Shown here: positions 8,065-14,341 of the stretch, piece after piece | How the letters are laid out: the number at the start of each line of letters is the position of its first letter | Numbering within the stretch: the stretch's first letter is position 1 | Assembly (NCBI GenBank): GCA_044450345.1 | Contig: JBIOIY010000065.1 | Location: 1-14,341, forward strand | DNA from: Thermodesulfovibrionales bacterium | GTDB taxonomy: Bacteria; Nitrospirota; Thermodesulfovibrionia; Thermodesulfovibrionales; UBA6898 | Reading direction: 5' to 3' | DNA length: 14,341 nt | The notes under the pieces: model-generated | Told to the model about the DNA's origin: nothing | Databases searched by the model: none | What the model saw: the letters and a program-made list of their open reading frames with translations, nothing else | Position numbers and translations under genes: made by a program

Positions 8065-8759
8065 TGAAGATCCTGGTCGTCGTGCCCGCATATAATGAAG
8101 AAAACTCTATCGGCGGAGTCATCAGGGACCTGACGGACAATTTCCCCGGCGGGGACATACTTGTCGTAAACGACGGTTCACGAGACAGGACATCTGAAAC
8201 CGCAAGAAAACTCGGGGCAAAAGTTATCGATCTTCCCTACAACCTCGGCATAGGCGGCGCCATGCAGATCGGCTTTCTCCATGCCCTCAGGGAAAACTAC
8301 GATGCTGCTGTACAATTCGACGGCGACGGGCAGCACAGGGCTGACCAGATAGTGAAGATCCTCGTGCCCTGGCAATCGAACGGCGCTGATCTGGTGGTCG
8401 GTTCAAGGTTCCTGTCCGAGGGAGGATTTACCTCGTCCATTCAAAGGAAGCTGGGCTCGAAGATCCTTTCCTTCGTTGTGTCGTCCCTGATAGGGAAGCG
8501 GCTTACCGACACCACGTCCGGGTTCAGGCTCTACGGGAAAAAAACGATCGAGTTCTTCTCAGTCCTCTATCCTGAGGATTACCCCGAGGTTGAAGCGCTC
8601 ATACTCGCACACAAGAAGGGGCTCCGGGTCTCAGAGGTCCCGGCGGAGATAGACGCAAGGAAGTCCGGCAGATCTTCCATCACTGCAGCCCGCGCGGGAT
8701 ATTATATGGTGAAGGTGCTCCTCGCAATTTTTGTGGATTTACTGAAGAGCATAGATTAA
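8064..8759 (+). CDS. GT2 polyprenyl-phosphate glycosyltransferase (DPM1-like; GacI/PpgS-type)
   Basis: 231 aa: VVPAYNEE, VVNDGSRD, NLGIGGAMQIG, QFDGDGQH, VVGSRF, TDTTSGFR, YPEVE. TAATG overlap with the upstream gene, and followed by a DUF2304-like gene. Confidence 0.88.
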   Translation: MKILVVVPAYNEENSIGGVIRDLTDNFPGGDILVVNDGSRDRTSETARKLGAKVIDLPYNLGIGGAMQIGFLHALRENYDAAVQFDGDGQHRADQIVKILVPWQSNGADLVVGSRFLSEGGFTSSIQRKLGSKILSFVVSSLIGKRLTDTTSGFRLYGKKTIEFFSVLYPEDYPEVEALILAHKKGLRVSEVPAEIDARKSGRSSITAARAGYYMVKVLLAIFVDLLKSID

Positions 8760-8774
8760 TATAACTGGTATATC

Positions 8775-9149
8775 ATGGACATTGTTCAGCTCATCGCCAT
8801 CACCGTCAGCGGGGCGATCTTTGTGGTCATCATAGAACTCATACGCCGCAACCGGCTGAAAGAGCGGTATAGCCTCATCTGGCTCACCGCTTCTATGCTT
8901 CTGATAGTCCTTTCTGTCTGGCGCGGGCTGCTGCATTTCATTGCGCATTTCCTCGGGATTTATTATCCTCCCTCGTTCCTGTTTCTCCTGGCCATTTTTT
9001 TCCTCCTTCTCCTTCTTCTGCATTTTTCCGTGATCCTGTCGGGTATGAGCGAAAAGAACAAGCGCCTTGCCCAGGAGATGGGGATGATGAAGACCGCGAT
9101 CAGGGACCTGGAGAATACGTGTATCCCCAAAGAGACAAAGACGAAATAG
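8775..9149 (+). CDS. DUF2304-type small membrane protein (GacJ/Rv3632-like accessory subunit)
   Basis: 124 aa, three hydrophobic segments, RRNRLKERYSLIWL, IAHFLGIYYPPSFLF, C-terminal coiled KNKRLAQEMG. Sits in the typical position after a DPM1-like GT2. Confidence 0.85.
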   Translation: MDIVQLIAITVSGAIFVVIIELIRRNRLKERYSLIWLTASMLLIVLSVWRGLLHFIAHFLGIYYPPSFLFLLAIFFLLLLLLHFSVILSGMSEKNKRLAQEMGMMKTAIRDLENTCIPKETKTK

Positions 9150-9215
9150 ACACAGCTGCTGCCCGGCAGAACCGGGGGAGGCGAGCCCGCTGTGCGGTCC
9201 CGCGTCGCCGGTGAG

Positions 9216-9236
9216 TCGCCGGGTTCAAGCCGGCGA
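9216..9236. repeat. GC-rich hairpin, possibly a small REP-like palindrome
   Basis: TCGCCGG-gttcaag-CCGGCGA, a perfect 7-bp stem. GTCGCCGG also occurs as a direct repeat at 9204-9211 and 9215-9222. Confidence 0.45.
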
Positions 9237-9270
9237 TAAATCTTCGGCCTTCATGGCCCGGAGTGTTTTT

Positions 9271-10323
9271 ATGCCGCATGGGAATAAGACAGTCATAGCG
9301 TTCCTCCTCTCCTTTTCGCTGCTGGTTCCGGCCTCTGCCTTCGGATATGAATGGAAGGCGCCGGAGGGATTCCGGGGATGGAGTTTCTTTTATGTTGCGG
9401 ATGTCCGGTCCACAGGAGAGGCAGTGGTCGTTGACAAACAGCCCAACAACAGCTATTTTGTGATCTCGCTCCCCCTTGAGGCAATCCGGAACGTCTCTTT
9501 CGTGCGGACACATCTTCGCACCCTATCCATCGATACCATGGTTGCCTGTACACTTTTGTCCCGGGGCCGGACACTCGCATCACGGGAGGTCCCCCTCTTC
9601 AGCGGGAAGGGCTGGAAGGAGTCTGTTTTCGATTTCGACAGGACAAGATTCACTGAGCCCGTGGATATGATATCGCTCAGCTTTTCGCATTGCGATTCAG
9701 TCGAGATGAGGGATCTTACGGTCCGCGGCCCGTCCCTTTGGGAAGTGTTTGCCCTGCAGGGATTCAGGGCCTACAATGTAAATTCTCTCTATCCTTTCAA
9801 GTTGTACGGATATTCCCTCAACCTCTGGTTTTACGGGCTAATTATCGTCTCCTGTCTTGGAGTTGTTATCTTTTATACAAGGAAGAGGAAAAAGGGCGCT
9901 CTTCTCCTCTCAGGTATGATCTTCCTCGCTTTTTATATCGCCATGGATTTGAGAGAGGTTTACGAAGAGCTTGCGATTGCGAAGACGACCTGTGAAGACA
10001 GTCTCAGCGCCGCCCCCCTGGAAAAGAGGTTTTACTGGCACGATAACCTCGTTGAATTCTCGGATTTCATACGCCGCAACGTACAGCCGGGGGAATACCC
10101 GGTCAATTTTTTCGGCGACCGGGACAGGTATCTCTATATGCGGTATCTCCTCTATCCGCTGAAACTGGTGCAGCAGGATGGGCTGGCGGGGGTGAATGTC
10201 TTTTCCGAGGTAGACAGCGCCCGTATCGAGGGAAATAGGCTCCTTGTGAACGAGATGGTTCTTCCGGAGAATGGCAGGGGGATAGTATACACGCCTCATT
10301 CCTGTCTTTACCTCGCCAGATGA
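9271..10323 (+). CDS. Exported/membrane protein of unknown function (signal peptide, soluble domain, 2 TM, soluble domain)
   Basis: ATG 9271 is preferred over the track's GTG 9211: GGAG at 9260-9263 lies 7 nt upstream, and MPHGNKTVIAFLLSFSLLVPASAFG reads as a Sec signal. Two internal hydrophobic helices flank RKRKK. ATGA overlap with the next gene. Confidence 0.75.
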   Translation: MPHGNKTVIAFLLSFSLLVPASAFGYEWKAPEGFRGWSFFYVADVRSTGEAVVVDKQPNNSYFVISLPLEAIRNVSFVRTHLRTLSIDTMVACTLLSRGRTLASREVPLFSGKGWKESVFDFDRTRFTEPVDMISLSFSHCDSVEMRDLTVRGPSLWEVFALQGFRAYNVNSLYPFKLYGYSLNLWFYGLIIVSCLGVVIFYTRKRKKGALLLSGMIFLAFYIAMDLREVYEELAIAKTTCEDSLSAAPLEKRFYWHDNLVEFSDFIRRNVQPGEYPVNFFGDRDRYLYMRYLLYPLKLVQQDGLAGVNVFSEVDSARIEGNRLLVNEMVLPENGRGIVYTPHSCLYLAR

Positions 10324-11663
10324 ACGCCTTTCTCTTCCTGATAAGCATGCTTCTTCCGGCAATGGCCGGCTACACGTTCCTCTCCAGAGAGAGGGCACTT
10401 TCACGGCCTGAGAGACTCGTCTTTTCTTATACGATAGGAACGGGCCTTCTCTCCTTCTATCTCTTTCTTCTTCTGCTTCTGGGCATTCGCATTTCGCTGC
10501 TGTCGTCGGCACCCTTTTTCGTGCCCTTCCTCGCCTATGGAATATACCGGGTTAAGGACGTTAGCGGGTCTCTGCGTTTTTCCCTTCGTTCGCCCCTCGC
10601 GGGCCTCTCGTTGGTGCAGCAGACGGTCTTCCTCTGTTGTTTCCTTCTTATCGCCTGGAAACTGCTGTTCCTGCTCTTCATGATCGTTTCGGGGCCGACG
10701 ATCTTCTGGGATGCATATACCCTCTGGAACTACAAGGCCAAGGTGATCTACCAGGGCAGCAGGGCTGAGCTTTTCGGCGGCCCATACGCCCACTACCCTT
10801 TGCACCTGTCCCTGATGAGGGCCTGGATCGCGACGTTCCTCGGTGGATGGAATGAGGCCTTCGTGAATCTCCATTCCCTCCTCCTTTTCCTCTGCCTCCT
10901 CGTCCTCGAGTATGAGTTCCTGAAGAGAGAGGCTGGGAAAATGACCGCGATGATTATGACCTTCGTACTCTCGGCCATACCTGTCCTCATATATAATGTC
11001 CTGAGCGGATATGCCGATATGGCGGTAGGGTACTATTTTCTGACTGCAGCGATTATGCTTTTTTACTGGCAAAGGACAGGGAAAAACAGCTTCCTCGTCT
11101 ATTCGGGCATACTCTCTTCGATTGCGATGTTCACAAAAAATGAAGGCATCGCGATCGTGTTTCCTGTGCTCCTGCTCACATTCTTCGGCCACCTTTTGTT
11201 TGCGGGGCGTTCCTGGAAGAGCACCGTTGCCCCTGCTGCCCTGTTCCTGATATCGTCCGTCGCAATCCTTCTATGGCTCGGGTCGTCCGGTGCATTGTCC
11301 GCCATCGTGACGATTTCCGGCATAAAAGAGGCGCCCTTCACCTTTCATCCTGAGGGCCTCGCGCCTCTGGTAACACATCTTCTCATATTCAGAAGCTTTA
11401 ACCTATTCTGGTTCGGGGTTATTCTCCTTTTCGCACTGAACTGGAAAAGGGCATTTCGAGCAGAAACGCGGTTTTTTCTTATCCCGTCAATCCTGTCATT
11501 CTGTGCAATTCTGTTTGTCTTTCTTTTCACGCCGAACGTTCAGTGGCTGATAAACGGAACGACGATAAACAGGACGATGCTGATCGTCATCCCTCTTCTG
11601 AATCTTACGACAGGGCTTCTCCTCGTCCCTGAAGCCAAATCTGACGTCAGTGCGGCAGGCTAA
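10320..11663 (+). CDS. Polytopic GT-C fold glycosyltransferase (PMT/ArnT-like)
   Basis: Roughly 11-13 hydrophobic segments. First large loop carries PTIFWDAYTLWNYKAK and HYPL; later SGYAD and FTKNEG motifs resemble PMT_2/ArnT-like enzymes. Confidence 0.7.
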   Translation: MNAFLFLISMLLPAMAGYTFLSRERALSRPERLVFSYTIGTGLLSFYLFLLLLLGIRISLLSSAPFFVPFLAYGIYRVKDVSGSLRFSLRSPLAGLSLVQQTVFLCCFLLIAWKLLFLLFMIVSGPTIFWDAYTLWNYKAKVIYQGSRAELFGGPYAHYPLHLSLMRAWIATFLGGWNEAFVNLHSLLLFLCLLVLEYEFLKREAGKMTAMIMTFVLSAIPVLIYNVLSGYADMAVGYYFLTAAIMLFYWQRTGKNSFLVYSGILSSIAMFTKNEGIAIVFPVLLLTFFGHLLFAGRSWKSTVAPAALFLISSVAILLWLGSSGALSAIVTISGIKEAPFTFHPEGLAPLVTHLLIFRSFNLFWFGVILLFALNWKRAFRAETRFFLIPSILSFCAILFVFLFTPNVQWLINGTTINRTMLIVIPLLNLTTGLLLVPEAKSDVSAAG

Positions 11664-11689
11664 GCAGTGCCCGGGGAGAGAGATAAATA

Positions 11690-13945
11690 ATGCCAACGGC
11701 CGGAGAAAGAAGATCCCCCAGTCCACGAGGCGTTGCACTCTGCTTCCTGCCCTTGCTGGTTTTGAGCTGGTCGTGCAGCAGCCTTCCTCTGTCATCGGAC
11801 AGATCTCTATCATACTGCAACCTGCTCCATGTCCCTTCAACTCCCAATCCTCACCTGCGGCCGAAGCCCTATCTGGGGATATATCTCTCGTCCACGAAAC
11901 TGGAAGGTCCTGCCGCCCATTGTAAAGACAACGTCTTCGTACAGGCTGCCGGAATCATAGAGGGAAGCCCTGCCGACGAGGCAGGCCTCAAGAAAGACGA
12001 TATCATCCTTTCAGTAAACGGCATTCCCACTTGCATGGAGCAGGACAACATTTTGTCAGCTTTTAAAAAAATGATCGAACATCAGGAAATCGGCTCTCCG
12101 GCAACGATGGATGTGATGCGCGGCGGCCAACGGCTCTCCCTGACAGCAAGGCTAAACGAGGCACCGGTTCACCATCAGCAAGAGGCTCCTCATCCGGATA
12201 TCGGCGTCTGCAATGTTTCTTCCCTGCTCGAAAGCACATTGCGCGACCGGGGCGGACTCACAGTATTTGAGAGTGTCATCGACGGACTTTATCAGCGCTC
12301 GAATACTATCCATAACCCCGGCTGGTCTTACGAAAAGGAATCCAATCCGCTCCAGCTGACGGAACTGACCTATCTTATGCGTCATCCTCTGGCCTCAGGT
12401 GCTGTTGCAAAAGAATTGTCTCAGCAGCTGATCGCACCCCTTCATGAAAGAAACTGGCGCCTGGAGGAGACAGTACGGAGGGCCGCAGGACTCATCGACC
12501 TTGACCTGCCCCGTTCCGAAGACACAGGTGAGATAACCTTCCCCCACCTATTACAGATAATGGAAGATGCCAAGAACAAGGTCGAACAAGCATTGAGCCG
12601 TCTCACGCCCGAAGAAAGAACCCTGTTAGAGGAAAAGGCATTAAGACCGTGGGATGACGACAAGTGGAACAAGGTGCTGGATATTTCGATGAAATTCGAT
12701 CGCAGGGAACTGCTCGCCGCATTTTCTCCTTTACTCTCTTTCCTGACGCGGGACAACCTGTCCCTCCTCAAGGAGGATATTATCAAACGGTTCGGCAATA
12801 ATAAGGGGCCTGTATTGTTTGAAGCGATGACCCCAATAGGGAAAGTGATCGTTGGCGGCACGGGACCTAATGTATATACGGAAGATGCGGCCCTGATACT
12901 CGACCTTGGAGGAGACGACCTTTACCTTAATAATGCAGGAGGGACGCGGCCTGGCATGCCGGTGGCCCTCGTGATCGACTGGGAGGGAAATGACCGCTAT
13001 ATCACAAAGGATAATTTCTCCCAGGGGGCGGGGTTGCTGGGGGGGGGCTTTTTGATAGATCTATCGGGCAATGATACCTTCGTTTCGCTTGATGGAAGCC
13101 AAGGGACGGGCTTTTTCGGTATCGGGCTTTTATATCATCGTAGCGGCGACAGTGTTTACAATGCCAGAAGTTTTTCCCAGGGCACAGGTCAAATGGGACT
13201 AGGTTTGATCATAAACGGAACCGGAAATGATCATTATATCTGCTCTCATCATGGACAGGGTCTCGGTCTTTTCGGAGGCACAGGAATTCTCATAGATGAA
13301 GACGGTGACGATTATTACCAGCTTGGGGGCTCTGAGCCGGACTTTAGGGACCCGTTGAAATCTACGGTTAGCATGGGCCAGGGGTTCGGGTTGGGAGTGA
13401 GGCCGGACAAGGGGATACATGGTGTTCCGGGAGGAATAGGGATGCTCATCGATGAGAGTGGAAACGATGTTTACATTGCCGACTATTTCGCTCAGGGTTC
13501 GTCCTATTATTACGGCATCGGCATCCTAAACGACATGGCCGGAAACGATCGGTACATCTCAGGACGCTATTCTCAGGGTGCAGGCATCCACTCGTCGGTC
13601 GGAGTACTTGTCGATCAGGCGGGAGATGATTTCTATTATGCATCATTCGGCGTTGCCCAGGGCATGGGACATGATTACGGGATAGGATTCTTCGAGGACG
13701 ATCACGGCGATGACTATTACTGGGGAGGCACACTGGTCCAGGGCGCGACAACAGGGGGCAGTATTGGGGTCTTCATAGACAGAGAGGGAAAAGACCGTTA
13801 CCGGCATCTGGACAAAGGGCAGGGCTTTGCAGCTGAAGCAGACAGCGTAGCTATCATGATGACAACAGAATCGCCCGACGGGCTGAAAAGCCCGGCTGAC
13901 GGCAAGAGGTCTGTCAGACTGGGACTGAGGCCCTCGAATCAATGA
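11690..13945 (+). CDS. Putative lipoprotein with PDZ domain and C-terminal Gly/Asp-rich tandem repeats
   Basis: Signal-like N-terminus ending LLVLSWS-C. PDZ signature PYLGI...GSPADEAGLKKDDIILSVNG...VMRGGQ. Eleven DxxGxDxY-type motifs, mostly 26-28 aa apart and linked by QGxGxxGxGxL. Confidence 0.8.
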   Translation: MPTAGERRSPSPRGVALCFLPLLVLSWSCSSLPLSSDRSLSYCNLLHVPSTPNPHLRPKPYLGIYLSSTKLEGPAAHCKDNVFVQAAGIIEGSPADEAGLKKDDIILSVNGIPTCMEQDNILSAFKKMIEHQEIGSPATMDVMRGGQRLSLTARLNEAPVHHQQEAPHPDIGVCNVSSLLESTLRDRGGLTVFESVIDGLYQRSNTIHNPGWSYEKESNPLQLTELTYLMRHPLASGAVAKELSQQLIAPLHERNWRLEETVRRAAGLIDLDLPRSEDTGEITFPHLLQIMEDAKNKVEQALSRLTPEERTLLEEKALRPWDDDKWNKVLDISMKFDRRELLAAFSPLLSFLTRDNLSLLKEDIIKRFGNNKGPVLFEAMTPIGKVIVGGTGPNVYTEDAALILDLGGDDLYLNNAGGTRPGMPVALVIDWEGNDRYITKDNFSQGAGLLGGGFLIDLSGNDTFVSLDGSQGTGFFGIGLLYHRSGDSVYNARSFSQGTGQMGLGLIINGTGNDHYICSHHGQGLGLFGGTGILIDEDGDDYYQLGGSEPDFRDPLKSTVSMGQGFGLGVRPDKGIHGVPGGIGMLIDESGNDVYIADYFAQGSSYYYGIGILNDMAGNDRYISGRYSQGAGIHSSVGVLVDQAGDDFYYASFGVAQGMGHDYGIGFFEDDHGDDYYWGGTLVQGATTGGSIGVFIDREGKDRYRHLDKGQGFAAEADSVAIMMTTESPDGLKSPADGKRSVRLGLRPSNQ

Positions 13946-14341
13946 TGAACCGGACAAGCTCATCGGTCATGAAGAACGTATTCTTTCACCTTTCAATCGT
14001 TGCGATAGTCGGCCTCGCTGCCTATTCGAACACCTCCGGTGTCCCCTTTCAGTTCGATGATTTCAGCAATATTTCCGATAACCCGGTGATAGCCGACCTC
14101 GACAACTTCATTTCGGGCGCGCGGGGCTATGACTACAATCCGCGGAGGTATATCGGCTATCTGACCTTTGCCCTGAACTACCATTTCGGGGGGCTTAACG
14201 TCTCCGGCTATCACGTTGTGAATCTTGCCGTACATATCCTAAACGCCATGCTTGTCTATTTCCTTGTGATTCTGACCTTCAGGACGCCGTATTTCAGCTT
14301 CGGGGGGCATAACTCCCCCTTTCCCCCAATCATAACTCCCC
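13942..14341 (+). CDS. TMTC-like membrane glycosyltransferase (usually annotated as TPR protein), 3'-truncated
   Basis: Missing from the ORF track because there is no stop in the window. Manual translation from ATG 13942 (ATGA overlap; alternative ATG 13969): MMNRTSSSVMKNVFFHLSIVAIVGLAAYSNTSGVPFQFDDFSNISDNP...RYIGYLTFALNYHFGGLNVSGYHVVNLAVHILNAMLVY. FxFDDxxxIxxN, TFxLNY and HxVNxxxH match TMTC N-termini. Confidence 0.8.
   Translation, partial: MMNRTSSSVMKNVFFHLSIVAIVGLAAYSNTSGVPFQFDDFSNISDNPVIADLDNFISGARGYDYNPRRYIGYLTFALNYHFGGLNVSGYHVVNLAVHILNAMLVYFLVILTFRTPYFSFGGHNSPFPPIITP

Noticed and set aside
9211..9270. GTG 9211 start for the exported protein
   Set aside because: It has no SD and runs through a hairpin. 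ATG 9271 has GGAG at proper spacing and puts the signal peptide at the N-terminus.
12902..13801. RTX toxin / type I secretion substrate
   Set aside because: The period is 26-28 aa rather than tandem nonapeptides, the protein has an N-terminal signal, and no T1SS genes are present.
13879..13894. CGGGCT-GAAA-AGCCCG hairpin near the end of the PDZ gene
   Set aside because: A single 6-bp stem within coding sequence, plausible by chance, with no second copy in the window.
314..14235. Minus-strand and alternative-frame ORFs in the track (e.g. 314-883, 3279-3971, 9910-10512, 10401-11192, 13993-14235)
   Set aside because: They overlap well-supported + strand genes and show no recognisable motifs, consistent with shadow ORFs of GC-rich coding DNA.

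Overview
All credible genes are on the + strand and form part of a bacterial surface-glycan / glycosylation cluster, truncated at both ends. Order: partial divergent GDP-mannose 4,6-dehydratase, canonical gmd, fcl, GT2, GT4, an AT-rich gap with a likely promoter, manC, GT2, polyprenyl-phosphate glycosyltransferase (GT2), DUF2304-type membrane protein, exported two-TM protein, GT-C membrane glycosyltransferase, PDZ + Gly/Asp-repeat putative lipoprotein, and the 5' end of a TMTC-like GT-C gene that the ORF track misses. Two layers are worth follow-up. (1) An extracytoplasmic lipid-phospho-sugar glycosylation module (GacI/GacJ/GacL-like logic plus a TMTC-like enzyme) that may glycosylate proteins. 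(2) Small structured DNA elements: inverted hexamer arrays around fcl, inverted heptamer arrays after manC with a related array in frame inside manC, and a nested REP-like palindrome between the two gmd genes. No rRNA, tRNA, CRISPR array or transposase is visible. Family calls come from motif recognition by eye, not database searches.
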